From positions 1-32,440 of the forward strand of contig JABCSY010000045.1 in assembly GCA_018238625.1 (NCBI GenBank): a stretch of 32,440 bases of DNA, given 5' to 3'. Position 1 is the stretch's first letter. Each line of letters opens with the position of its first letter. This DNA is from Promethearchaeota archaeon (GTDB taxonomy: Archaea > Asgardarchaeota > Lokiarchaeia > Sigyniarchaeales > SOKP01). Made by a program: the position numbers and the translations under genes. Below, one piece after another: positions 9,827 through 19,615 of this stretch. The notes under the pieces are model-generated. The model did no database searches. It worked only from the letters and a program-made list of their open reading frames with translations, and was not told the origin of the DNA.

Positions 9827-10822
9827 ATGAGTCAAAAAAATATGAATAAAATGGTTAAGGACTACCTTAAGAATTTTAAGGAGAAATTACCTGATTGGTT
9901 GAAGGAGAAAAAGGGCGAGCTTGAGGATATCCTTAGCGAGCTTGAGGAACATATATGGGACAAGGCTGAGGAGCTTTCAGATATTGAGACGCCTACAGAA
10001 TCCTCAATTCGATTGGCCCTTACTCATATGGGAACGCCTGGAAGCATGGCAAGGGGATATAAGCGCCGTGGAACGCCTAAAGTATACATAACGGAAGAAT
10101 TATGGCCGCTTTACACGACAGTTTTAGGAATACTATCTGCTGTTATTGTCATTATTTATGTGATTTTCATGATCATAAACATTTTTATGGGGAGTTTTCA
10201 GCTTGATTTCGTAGGAATCATCTTAGGGCTTACTGGTGTATTTACAATAGTGACGCTCATATTCGTGGGGCTATCCATGGAAGGTTATCTTCCCGAGGAT
10301 TTTAAGACCGAAGAGGAGCGCAAGAGAGAAGAAAAAGAACTATCGAAAGCAGAAAGTAAGGGATGGCCCATCTCACCTAATACGGGAAAACCATTGAAAC
10401 CCTTCGTACATCCTACGGGCATGATTGTTGGAGCGATTGTTCAGATGGCCTTTGGTTTAATCTTAATAATACAACCAAGCACGGATTTTACTCATCTAAT
10501 AGAACCAGAATTTTTAGCCTTACTACGTATCTTTGGAGTGTTCATTATTTCTGAGGGATGTTTAGACCTAATTCGTGGTGTCATTGGTAATCAGCAAGTT
10601 AGGACGCATCAAATCATCATTGGTATTAAGATATTATTGTCTTTAATGACCATATCACTTTTAGTGATCTTGATGGAACGACCTGAATTAGTACCCTTCG
10701 TTCCATTTGAAAAACACTTGATAAGTTGGTTTTTTGCTTTTGTTATTTTGATGGTCATTATAGGAGCAATTTCAGAAACATATAAGGCTACAACGCTCGA
10801 AAAATATAGAAATATAATCTAA
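9827..10822 (+). CDS. HAAS-domain multi-pass membrane protein (PadR partner)
   Basis: N-terminal YL..F...L...EDILSELEEHI...ALTHMGTP..MA..Y three-helix pattern followed by about six hydrophobic segments; SD-like AGGAGG upstream. Confidence 0.78.
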   Translation: MSQKNMNKMVKDYLKNFKEKLPDWLKEKKGELEDILSELEEHIWDKAEELSDIETPTESSIRLALTHMGTPGSMARGYKRRGTPKVYITEELWPLYTTVLGILSAVIVIIYVIFMIINIFMGSFQLDFVGIILGLTGVFTIVTLIFVGLSMEGYLPEDFKTEEERKREEKELSKAESKGWPISPNTGKPLKPFVHPTGMIVGAIVQMAFGLILIIQPSTDFTHLIEPEFLALLRIFGVFIISEGCLDLIRGVIGNQQVRTHQIIIGIKILLSLMTISLLVILMERPELVPFVPFEKHLISWFFAFVILMVIIGAISETYKATTLEKYRNII

Positions 10823-10886
10823 TAAAAAAAAATTAAAAAATTAAAAAACAAAAAACAAAAAATAAAATAAAAAAAGGTGATAATAA

Positions 10887-11456
10887 ATTACACAAGCGAA
10901 AAGTGACGCACAATTTTGGAAGGATGAAATCAAAAAGCATTGGAAGGTGCTTATTCTCTGCATAGCAGCAATCGTAATTCTTTCTATTATAGCAGTTAAT
11001 GTAGTGATCTGGCACATACAAACATCTCCGATTGGAAATTACGGTAATGCTACCATTGACCAATGGAGTTTGGACTGGATTGTAGGCTTCTATATTGTGC
11101 TGATTTTATGGGAATTGTTATTTGTTGGATTACCCGCGGGTTTATTCTTCGGTTTAGGAGGGTATTTGTGGTGGCAACGCTTATCTGCTGACGATAAAGA
11201 GTGGTATAAAGAGCAAGATAAGAAGAGCCATAAAACAAGAGATGCCGGTGGTGGTTGTGGGCTCGTACTCTTTATTGCGTATTGTATCTATATCGCTATT
11301 GACGGTAGCTATTATGCCGCCTTTGGCAGTCAACCTTATAACTACTGGATATACTCGTACTTCTTAACAATTGTATGGCTATTAATTATAGTAGGGATTC
11401 CAATAGCAATAGCAGGGTTAATATATCTTAGATACTGGTTAAATAAACCTGAATAA
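10887..11456 (+). CDS. Hypothetical membrane protein (about 4 TM); likely ATT start at 10887 (ORF track uses GTG 10947)
   Basis: Frame is open from ATT 10887 (ITQAKSDAQFWKDEIKKHWKVLIL...), 6 nt after an SD-like GGTGA; four hydrophobic stretches. Confidence 0.75.
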   Translation: MTQAKSDAQFWKDEIKKHWKVLILCIAAIVILSIIAVNVVIWHIQTSPIGNYGNATIDQWSLDWIVGFYIVLILWELLFVGLPAGLFFGLGGYLWWQRLSADDKEWYKEQDKKSHKTRDAGGGCGLVLFIAYCIYIAIDGSYYAAFGSQPYNYWIYSYFLTIVWLLIIVGIPIAIAGLIYLRYWLNKPE

Positions 11457-11568
11457 TAAAGTAACTTTTTTTTTTCTTTTTTTTATTGGAAAATCACATG
11501 GTAGAATAGTATTAATAAAACACAAATAAAAAATAAAAAATAAAAATATCAAATAAGGAGGAATACTT

Positions 11569-12582
11569 ATGAAAGTAGTTATATACACAAAATATGGATC
11601 CCCTGATGTTCTTGAATTAAAAGAGGTTGAAAAACCTACTCCTAAGGACAATGAAATCCTGGTAAAAGTGCATGCAGTCACAGTTACTGCAGGGGATGTA
11701 AGAATGCGAAGTGGCAAATTCCCTCTTGTGGGGGGAATTGGCTGGCTTTTAGCGCGAATAATGTTCCGTCCTAAAAAACGGAAAAAAAATATACTAGGGA
11801 TGGAGCTAGCTGGGGAAGTTGAATCAGTAGGTAAAGACGCAAAATTATTTAAGAACGGGGACCCCGTGTTTGGAACTACAACTGGGTTAAGTTCTGGTTC
11901 TTATACCGAGTATATTTGTACGCCTGAAGAACCTTTGTCCACAAGTATGTTTGGAAGTAATGTGGTAGCACTAAAACCAACTAATATGACCTATATGGAA
12001 GCAGCCGCCGTTCCTATAGGGGGACTTACCGCATTGCATTTTCTTAGAAAAGGACAAGTCCAGAGTGGACAAAAAGTTCTCATCTATGGCGCTTCTGGTA
12101 GTGTAGGTACTTTTGCAGTACAGCTTGCCAAGCACCTTGGGGCAGAGGTTACTGGGGTTTGTAGTACAACGAATTTAGAATTGGTGAAATCTCTAGGAGC
12201 CGATAAAGTAATTGATTACACCAAAGAGGATTTTACTAAAAGCGATGACACCTATGATGTTATTTTTGACACGGTAGGCAAGAGTTCGTTTTCAGATTGT
12301 AAAAAATCGTTAAAGAAAAAGGGATTGCTTCTTGAAATCGTCCCGAGGATGTCACATCTTATTCGAGGCCTTTGGTCTTCAATAAATGTAATAACTGGGG
12401 GAGCAAAAGAAAAGGCGGAAGATTTAATTTTCCTCAAAGAGCTTATTGAGGCGGGAAAGATTAAATCTGCCATAGATAGACGCTATCCCTTGGAACAAAT
12501 TGCCGAGGCTCATAGCTATGTTGATAAAGGACACAAAAAGGGAAATGTAGTAATAACTGTTGAGCATAATAACACAACCTAA
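11569..12582 (+). CDS. NAD(P)-dependent medium-chain dehydrogenase/reductase (zinc-independent, quinone oxidoreductase-like)
   Basis: [46 protein letters not shown]; strong SD AAGGAGGA upstream. Confidence 0.93.
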   Translation: MKVVIYTKYGSPDVLELKEVEKPTPKDNEILVKVHAVTVTAGDVRMRSGKFPLVGGIGWLLARIMFRPKKRKKNILGMELAGEVESVGKDAKLFKNGDPVFGTTTGLSSGSYTEYICTPEEPLSTSMFGSNVVALKPTNMTYMEAAAVPIGGLTALHFLRKGQVQSGQKVLIYGASGSVGTFAVQLAKHLGAEVTGVCSTTNLELVKSLGADKVIDYTKEDFTKSDDTYDVIFDTVGKSSFSDCKKSLKKKGLLLEIVPRMSHLIRGLWSSINVITGGAKEKAEDLIFLKELIEAGKIKSAIDRRYPLEQIAEAHSYVDKGHKKGNVVITVEHNNTT

Positions 12583-12681
12583 CAAAGCGTATGAATACAT
12601 TTTTTTTCTTCTTATTTTTAATTAGATAATCTAACTTAAATAATTAAATTTAAAATTTTCTGAAGTTTTCTTCATCTGAAG

Positions 12682-13242
12682 ATGCCATCCGTTCAAATAA
12701 AATATGACGATATTTATTTCGATCCTAAAGTTCAGGAGATGTGTGTTTCACCTAGTTTTAAGTGTCCTTTTTACGAGCATTCGTGGAGTTGTCCGCCAAA
12801 TTCACCTTATCTTGAAAAGGCTATGTCAACTTACACAGAATTTTATCTAATTTACTCTATGTTTGATCTGGAAGAATATATAAAGATAGAAAAGGAAAAG
12901 ACAAACAGATCAGAATTTTTCATTAAAAATACATTTTTACTCACCAAAAGTTTCGAATTAAATGATTTGGAAGTTGAATTCGATAAATTCTTATCCCAAT
13001 ATAATAAAAACTACAAAAAACGACTTCTTTTGTACGATGGGACATGCAAATACTGTAAAATCCAAAATGCGGGAAATTGCACCTTTGACTCTGGTGAACT
13101 ATGCCGTTTTCCAAGAATGATAAGATATTCTATGGAAGCTGTAGGGATTGAAGTTATAAGGACGGTACTTGAAATGAATTTGGATGTTAAGTATCCCTCT
13201 AATAAATATTCATTTAGATTTGGCTTAGTTTGCTTTAAATAA
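12682..13242 (+). CDS. DUF2284-type Cys-rich metal-binding protein
   Basis: CPFY..SWSCPP, GTCKYC, CRFP...RYSMEAVGIEV pattern. Confidence 0.85.
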   Translation: MPSVQIKYDDIYFDPKVQEMCVSPSFKCPFYEHSWSCPPNSPYLEKAMSTYTEFYLIYSMFDLEEYIKIEKEKTNRSEFFIKNTFLLTKSFELNDLEVEFDKFLSQYNKNYKKRLLLYDGTCKYCKIQNAGNCTFDSGELCRFPRMIRYSMEAVGIEVIRTVLEMNLDVKYPSNKYSFRFGLVCFK

Positions 13243-13258
13243 TTTTTATTGTTCCATT

Positions 13259-13597
13259 TTAATATTCACGCCAAGTATACTTACACTTAACGCATCTAAA
13301 AAAGGATGTACTTGGTTCGTCGGCACTTCGAGTTTGTTCTTGCCAGGCCTCTGCTTCTCTATGACCGCATTTTGGACAATCCTGTTTAACTTTTAGGTGG
13401 ACAGAAATTTTATCTTCTTCTGAAACAATAATTAGATTTTTTTCTAAAGCTTCTTTTTTTCTGTTAATTATCTCGTTAATATCTTCTATGCTCTGCGCTA
13501 ATTCTTTTTGATAACCACACTTACAAACTAAAGTTGATTTCCCATCCAAAAATTCTTTACGTAAAAGATTTGAACATTCAGGACAAAATTCGACCAT
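13259..13597 (-). CDS. tfs: Transcription factor S (RpoM/TFS)
   Basis: FCPECSNLL..CKCGY and CPKCG...QTRSADEP.T.FFRC.KC...WREY with an intact acidic hairpin; GTG 13606 is an alternative start. Confidence 0.96.
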   Translation of the reverse strand: MVEFCPECSNLLRKEFLDGKSTLVCKCGYQKELAQSIEDINEIINRKKEALEKNLIIVSEEDKISVHLKVKQDCPKCGHREAEAWQEQTRSADEPSTSFFRCVKCKYTWREY

Positions 13598-13779
13598 TTT
13601 AGTCACAGTAAAACTTATTTGTGTTCCTTAACTTTTCTAAATAAGCATATCTAATAAAATTTTTGCTTTTAAAAGATTAATTACTTTATGAAATTAGAAT
13701 TAAACTAATTCTAACAAGTTTGCTATATTTTTTATTGAAAATCAGAACCGATTTAGACCGTTTATGAATAAGATTAAAC

Positions 13780-14097
13780 TTATAACAATTCTTTTTTGAT
13801 TTCATACAACTTTAGATAATATTCAAAGTTGAGATTACTTTTATCTTGTATAATTTCTGCTTCTACTTCCTTTTCTCCTTTTAGCTTAATGTTTAACTTA
13901 CCAATAACGTTAATTAGATTATTTTTTTGAAAAGGATATTCAACTGCTTGTATATCGATCTTTAACTCTTCAGTTTTATCGTTCAAAATAATGTAGTCAT
14001 TTTCAACGATTTCCTTAACGAAACCCATTATTTGAATTCGAGTATCTGAGTTTTTTATATCTTTAATCGTCCTCTGAATTGCAGCGTCTTGTACCAT
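13780..14097 (-). CDS. Single OB-fold protein, replication protein A small subunit (Rpa3/RPA14-like)
   Basis: AAIQRTIKDI...DTRIQIMG, ILNDKT, INVIG, AEIIQD plus a C-terminal helix resemble archaeal Rpa3; sits next to PCNA. Confidence 0.75.
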   Translation of the reverse strand: MVQDAAIQRTIKDIKNSDTRIQIMGFVKEIVENDYIILNDKTEELKIDIQAVEYPFQKNNLINVIGKLNIKLKGEKEVEAEIIQDKSNLNFEYYLKLYEIKKELL

Positions 14098-14180
14098 TTT
14101 ATTAGGAATTTTTTTTATTTATATAGATCTAAAAATTTATGGGGGCTATAAATAATTAATTCAAAAATTACAAATAAGTA

Positions 14181-14210
14181 TTATTAAAGGTTATTAAAGA
14201 ATTATTAAAG
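14181..14210. repeat. Three direct copies of TTATTAAAG in the divergent rpa3/PCNA promoter region
   Basis: Copies start at 14181, 14191 and 14202. Confidence 0.7.
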
Positions 14211-14279
14211 AATTTTATAAATATTGTCAATAAAACAATATTATTATAAATTAGCAATCAATAAAAGTACTGATTAAAT

Positions 14280-15083
14280 ATGTCATTTACTCTTAGGTTA
14301 GATAATAGTAGGATATTAAAGGTAATAACAGAAACGCTTTCAAGCATTATTGATGAAACTGAATTTAAAGTTACTCCCAAGGAATTTATTATTTCAGCAA
14401 TGGATCCAAGTCGAATCTGTCTGTTAAAATTGTCTATAAAAAAAGAAAGCTTTGACGATTATAAATGTAGCAAGGAAACAAAAATTGGCTTAAATTTAGA
14501 CGATTTAGATAAAATACTGAAGAGAAGCGCTTCTAACGACTCTCTTGAGATTGATTTTAAAGAGACCGACCAAAAAATTAAAATAAAAATGGAAAGAGAA
14601 GGAAAAAGTCGTTCACGAACTTTCAGTTTAGCTTTAATTGATCTTGATAGGGAAGAAATTCCTATGGATAACTTGTTAAAAATTGAGTACGCAGCTAAAT
14701 GGGTTATAGATACGGATTTTCTTATAGAAGCAATAAGAGACGCTGAAATTTATTCGGAAATACTTAATATGAAAGCTGTTAAAGATGAAGGACTACTTTT
14801 TAGCTCAACGGGACAAATCGGTGAAATGGAGTATAGTATTGCCACAGAGGATTTAATTGAGAGTGATATCGAGGAAACTTGTAGTGGAGCGTATAGTCTT
14901 ACCTTTTTAAAAGCAATTTTAAAAATGGCTCCGATAACGGAAAAACTAGAGGTATCTCTAAAAACAGATCACCCTTTAAAAATGAGTTTTGGTCTTTTAG
15001 AGGGCGGTGAATTAAGTTATTTCCTCGCGCCTCGTGTCGAAGAAGCTGATTTTGATGACGACGACGATATGGACGAATTTTAG
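14280..15083 (+). CDS. pcn: DNA polymerase sliding clamp PCNA
   Basis: AMDPSRICL, YSLTFL, DHPLKM, YFLAPRVE; acidic C-terminal tail. Confidence 0.97.
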   Translation: MSFTLRLDNSRILKVITETLSSIIDETEFKVTPKEFIISAMDPSRICLLKLSIKKESFDDYKCSKETKIGLNLDDLDKILKRSASNDSLEIDFKETDQKIKIKMEREGKSRSRTFSLALIDLDREEIPMDNLLKIEYAAKWVIDTDFLIEAIRDAEIYSEILNMKAVKDEGLLFSSTGQIGEMEYSIATEDLIESDIEETCSGAYSLTFLKAILKMAPITEKLEVSLKTDHPLKMSFGLLEGGELSYFLAPRVEEADFDDDDDMDEF

Positions 15084-15191
15084 CTATCAAATTTTTATCA
15101 TTAAACTTATTTACTCTTAATCTATATAGCTGTTTTACTCTTAATTTATTTTAATCTAGGAATATAAAGGTTAATAGGAGAATTATAAGTC

Positions 15192-16388
15192 TTGAGCATA
15201 CCAATTGATTTATTAAAACACTATCCGTGGTTGCCCTCGCTACAGGTTTATTATTCCGATATAGCAACAAAAGATCCAACCGCATTTATCGAAGAGGCGT
15301 TCTTAAAATACCCCGATGGAGAATTAGAACAAAGAATTTCAAAAATATTTAAAGCCGCTTTCAATAATTTAGAGGAGATAAAAGGCTATAAAGCAGACGA
15401 ATTAAACATTTATTTGTATTTAATTGTTAAAATACTCCTATATGTTTTGAATAATAAGCCAATTTCTAATAGAGTAGCCAACACTTATTCCAAACAAACA
15501 TATAAAGAACTTATAGAGGATAATGACGACGCAAACCTCTACGATATTTGTAAAGATTTAAAATTAAAGTTTGATTTTCTGGATCCCCCTATTGAGTACG
15601 GGATAAACCTTAATAAGGAAAAACGAGAAATCCTTAAAACTAGTTTTAAAATTCACTTCACAGATTATTTGAAACTTGCTGCTAACTTACACGACGATTA
15701 CAGAAAATTGGTCCATAACGCCCTATCAGAAGGATATGTTTACCTTCAAAAAAAAGATTTAATTCGATTATTGCAAGAACATGTTCGTAGAAAGTTAATT
15801 GTGGAAGAAGTTAAAGATGACAACAATATAGAAAAATTTCGAAAAGACCTCTTGAAAATCCGAGAATTTAAGGAGTTATATGGGAATATATTGAATAATT
15901 GGGAACTTAAAAAAGAAGACTTTGAATATTCGTTTAAGATCGGTTTTAAAGAAGGAAGCGACCTTTCAAATAACTTCCCTCCGTGCATACAAGATATACT
16001 TCGTAGAATACAAGAAGGAATGAATATAGTTCATACTGAAAGGTTGTTTCTTGTGTTTTTTTTACACGCTTTGAATTATCCTATAGAAAACATTATTGAT
16101 ATTTTTTCGAATCTGCCTGATTTTGATAGGAAAAAAACTAAATACCAGGTGGAGTTCGCTAAAAAAAAAGAATATACGCCTCACTCTTGTTCTACGCTTA
16201 AATCTTTGAATATATGTAAAGCAAACGAATCTAAAGATGAAATTTGCTTGGAAGGTTATTATTCGAAGAAATTAGATGCGCAAAAAAAACTCTCACATCC
16301 GTTATTTTATATTCAACTAAAACAATATCGAAATTCAATGAAAAACAAGGCAATTAAAACGAAGATTGAAAAAAAAGATGAGCGATAA
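15192..16388 (+). CDS. priL: DNA primase large subunit
   Basis: YPWL N-terminus, LVH..L..GYVYL, Fe-S domain FPPCI...HTERLFL...PHSC..L...NIC...C...HPL. Confidence 0.93.
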   Translation: MSIPIDLLKHYPWLPSLQVYYSDIATKDPTAFIEEAFLKYPDGELEQRISKIFKAAFNNLEEIKGYKADELNIYLYLIVKILLYVLNNKPISNRVANTYSKQTYKELIEDNDDANLYDICKDLKLKFDFLDPPIEYGINLNKEKREILKTSFKIHFTDYLKLAANLHDDYRKLVHNALSEGYVYLQKKDLIRLLQEHVRRKLIVEEVKDDNNIEKFRKDLLKIREFKELYGNILNNWELKKEDFEYSFKIGFKEGSDLSNNFPPCIQDILRRIQEGMNIVHTERLFLVFFLHALNYPIENIIDIFSNLPDFDRKKTKYQVEFAKKKEYTPHSCSTLKSLNICKANESKDEICLEGYYSKKLDAQKKLSHPLFYIQLKQYRNSMKNKAIKTKIEKKDER

Positions 16389-17655
16389 TAAATTTTTAAA
16401 AAGGTTATTTCAAGCTTATTATCAAGAAAAGCAAAAAGAAATTCCAGCCGTAAATTCCCTCAAATTTCGAGAGTTTGGCTTTATTCCCTGGGAAAAACAG
16501 ATTATGATCAGGCACATTGGATTGGAAAACCAAAAAGTTTTACTTAATTATTTAATTGATAGAGGACCTAGACATGTATACTCTAGTGGTTCACTATATT
16601 TGCAACCAGAAGTTCCAGATATGGAAAGTAAAAAATATCAAGGTTGCGATTTCATTGTTGATATCGACGTAGACCACTTCTATACGCCATGTAAAGAAGA
16701 ACACGATTTATGGTATTGTGATAATTGTGAAACTAAAGGAACTGGTATGGTAGAAAAGTGCCCTAAATGTGAACAATCAAAAATTATCAAAGTAACTTGG
16801 ATATGTGATAAATGTTTAGATGTTGCTAAAAATGAGATTAAAAAATTAATTTACGACTTTCTAATACCTGATTTCGGAACTGACGAAAAAGACATGAGAA
16901 TTGCCTTTTCTGGACATAGAGGGTACCATTTAAAAGTTGAAAGCGAAGAATTAAGGAAATTAAATAGCGACGAAAGACGCGAAATTGTAGATCACCTTAC
17001 CGGAGAAAATATTTCTTTTGAAGTTTTAGGTTTGAGAGAAAAATCTCTAATGATTCAAGGATTATCAAAAGAAAATATTGGTTGGTCTCAAAAAATAATG
17101 GAAAAAATAATTGAAGTATTAAAACAACCTAAAAAAGTAATAGAAAACATATTTTTAGATGAAAATATATTTGGGTTTACTCCGAATTACGTTACAAGCT
17201 TTTTAAACTATAAAGATGATTTCTTAGAGCTAATATCTAAAGGAGAAAGAAATATCTGGGCTATTGAAGGTTTTGGTTTAACTAATTGGACGAAACTCCT
17301 AAGAGGGATTGTCAATCTAATAGGAATAGAATTAGATGAGCCAGTATCGATAGATATACATAGGCTCATACGATATCCTGGGTCGTTACATGGAAAAACA
17401 GGATTTAAAGTTCAAGAAATTGAATTAAAAGAACTCGATGATTTTAACCCTTTAGATGAGAATGATGACAAGCTAGATCCTATCGTTTTTAATAGTAAAA
17501 ATGTCACTCAAAAACTCGAAATTGTGGAGCGCGCTTTACCAATTACAAAAATCAAAGGAGTAAAGTATGGCCCCTATGTACAAGGAGAAAGGATTGAGGT
17601 CCCTCATCATATCGCAGTATTTTTATTATGTAAAGAAGTTGCTAAAACTATTTAA
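16378..17655 (+). CDS. priS: DNA primase catalytic (small) subunit
   Basis: REFGF, DIDVD, FSGHRGYHL, DEPVSIDIHRLIRYPGSLHGKTG; Cys-rich zinc insertion; 11-nt overlap with priL. Confidence 0.96.
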   Translation: MSDNKFLKRLFQAYYQEKQKEIPAVNSLKFREFGFIPWEKQIMIRHIGLENQKVLLNYLIDRGPRHVYSSGSLYLQPEVPDMESKKYQGCDFIVDIDVDHFYTPCKEEHDLWYCDNCETKGTGMVEKCPKCEQSKIIKVTWICDKCLDVAKNEIKKLIYDFLIPDFGTDEKDMRIAFSGHRGYHLKVESEELRKLNSDERREIVDHLTGENISFEVLGLREKSLMIQGLSKENIGWSQKIMEKIIEVLKQPKKVIENIFLDENIFGFTPNYVTSFLNYKDDFLELISKGERNIWAIEGFGLTNWTKLLRGIVNLIGIELDEPVSIDIHRLIRYPGSLHGKTGFKVQEIELKELDDFNPLDENDDKLDPIVFNSKNVTQKLEIVERALPITKIKGVKYGPYVQGERIEVPHHIAVFLLCKEVAKTI

Positions 17656-17715
17656 GTTAAAATATAATTAGATAATATCCTTCATTATATAATAGATTTA
17701 AAAATTTTGATGTGC

Positions 17716-18405
17716 ATGAATTTAAAAGCTGATTACAAGAGGCTTTATCAACATTGGCTTAAGGAATTTGAACAACCAGCCTTAACACGCTTATCTCAAG
17801 AGGACTTTAGTTATTTTAGCAAAACTCTTAGTAATATCAAGAAATTTGAGTTAGAAGATAAGCAAAAAGTTAAACTTCAGCTATTAAATTCATACAAAGA
17901 GAATTTAAATTTTTTATTCACTGATTTCTTAAAAATCCGAGAGTTAAAATTATTAAATTCGGCTTTAAATCTTCAGGAGATTGATTTTAGCGATGTTATA
18001 GAAGCAGAGAAGCTATTCTACCAAAGTTTAATTAGTTCCATCAAAGGGTTTAAAAACCTTAAGAAAATCTCTTTATACGACGATACCGAGTCACTTGAAT
18101 TGGAAGAAATTTTTGAAAAAGAAAAAATTATAGCTGAGTCTAAACCAATAGAAAAAGTCAAAGATGACGGAAAAACGCTCGTTCCAATTGGTGACATTTC
18201 AGAAAAATCAAAAATAATTCAAACTAAACAATTAACTCAATATAACTACACTATCATTCGATTTACCAGCCCATCCCCTCCCATAGTTGGGATCGATGGA
18301 TTTAATTATGGTCCTTTTCAGGAAGATAATATCGCTAATTTGCCATATAAAAACGCGAAAATTCTTATTTTTGAGAAATTCGCAGAAAAAATAGATATAA
18401 CTTAG
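17716..18405 (+). CDS. GINS complex subunit (Gins15/Gins51 type)
   Basis: Helical A domain (L.IRELKL) and C-terminal IVGIDG..YGPF...IANLP..NAKIL; follows priS as is usual in archaea. Start could also be 17707 or 17710. Confidence 0.88.
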   Translation: MNLKADYKRLYQHWLKEFEQPALTRLSQEDFSYFSKTLSNIKKFELEDKQKVKLQLLNSYKENLNFLFTDFLKIRELKLLNSALNLQEIDFSDVIEAEKLFYQSLISSIKGFKNLKKISLYDDTESLELEEIFEKEKIIAESKPIEKVKDDGKTLVPIGDISEKSKIIQTKQLTQYNYTIIRFTSPSPPIVGIDGFNYGPFQEDNIANLPYKNAKILIFEKFAEKIDIT

Positions 18406-18593
18406 CTTTTTTCAAACCTTTTCTTAAATTCCTCTTTGAAATATATAATGCGATATTTCCCATACTTATCAATTAAAGAAAATTTTGGCGGTTTAGGGTT
18501 AATTAATTTGCCACCGCAATATCTACATTTAGATTCTGGATTAAGCAATCCATATCTACTGCAATCGCTACATTTTTGGAGGTATTTTGTCAA
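18402..18593 (-). CDS. nop10: H/ACA RNP protein Nop10
   Basis: KCSDC.RY.L...C.YCGG....PKPPKFS..DKYGKYR; directly downstream of aIF2alpha. Confidence 0.92.
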   Translation of the reverse strand: MTKYLQKCSDCSRYGLLNPESKCRYCGGKLINPKPPKFSLIDKYGKYRIIYFKEEFKKRFEKS

Positions 18594-18623
18594 CTTTATT
18601 ACAATTCTCTGTTTAATTAGGTA

Positions 18624-19448
18624 TTAATCTCGTATAAACTCAAATTTTCCGTTATTTTGTAGTGTTACTTTCTCAAGAACCTCTAGTGTACCTGATAGGA
18701 TATTTTCTGCGTCTAGATAGTCTTTAGAGACTATTTCTAATCTATAAAACGGCGCTCCTATATAAGATAAAGTTAACTTTCTCGTCTCCATTGGAGTTTC
18801 AATTAAGTTTATAACTTCATTCAACGTATCTTTAATTTTGTCTATACCATCTCCACTTGTGTTAACAAGTTTTAATTTTCCAATTATACTTACTGTGGAG
18901 ACCTCAACGTTCTCATCAACAATTTTCAAGAACGCTCGTTTGACATCTTCGGGAATGTTTTCAAGATCGGCTAAAATTTCTTTTCCTTCTTCTTTAAGAG
19001 CTTCAACCGCTTCTTGGTAAAAATCAAACTGTTCTTTTATAGGCCAGCCAATGAGCTCGTAAGCTTCCTTCATACTTATATTTATGCCCTCTGTTTCCGT
19101 TAAAAACTGCAGTAAATTTTCGTATTTATTTGCGTATTTATGTTCTTTTACTATCAGAGCTTTTTGGGCAGAATTTACTCGTCTTAACGATAAATCAATC
19201 TGTCCCTTATCAGGGACAACTTTTACAACTCTTAATACGATTCTTTGGTTTATTCTCACTATGCTCCTAATGTTCTTAACCCATCTGCTCGAAATCTCAC
19301 TAATATGTATCATTCCTCTTGCGCATTCTTCTGAAGGTAAGCCATCGAAATCAGGTAGATCCACGTAAATATACTGGTGTTGAATGTCGACAACACGACC
19401 CATAATAAAAGCGCCTTCTCGAGGAAACGGGAGTTTATTCTTTACCAT
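18624..19448 (-). CDS. eif2a: Translation initiation factor 2 alpha subunit
   Basis: S1 domain GMIHISEISSRWVKNIR, KGQIDLSLRRV, YIGAPFYR, DY..AE..L. Confidence 0.96.
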   Translation of the reverse strand: MVKNKLPFPREGAFIMGRVVDIQHQYIYVDLPDFDGLPSEECARGMIHISEISSRWVKNIRSIVRINQRIVLRVVKVVPDKGQIDLSLRRVNSAQKALIVKEHKYANKYENLLQFLTETEGINISMKEAYELIGWPIKEQFDFYQEAVEALKEEGKEILADLENIPEDVKRAFLKIVDENVEVSTVSIIGKLKLVNTSGDGIDKIKDTLNEVINLIETPMETRKLTLSYIGAPFYRLEIVSKDYLDAENILSGTLEVLEKVTLQNNGKFEFIRD

Positions 19449-19615
19449 AATATCTATTAGATTTTTTGAATATTATTTTGTTTTATAATAGTTAAATAAC
19501 AAATTATGACTTTTTACTTTTATTATCTTATTTGATAAAAAAGTTTATTTTTTTATCTTATCTTTTCAAATATACCATAAATATAATTTAAAATCGTTCC
19601 TTAAGTGATCTAAAA

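Noticed and set aside
10823-10875. A-rich quasi-repeats (also near 11520-11550) as a possible array
   Set aside because: Low-complexity sequence with no repeat-spacer structure; not CRISPR.
14098-14279. Replication origin suggested by a G run and AT-rich DNA near replication genes
   Set aside because: No ORB-like consensus and no orc1/cdc6 gene in the window.
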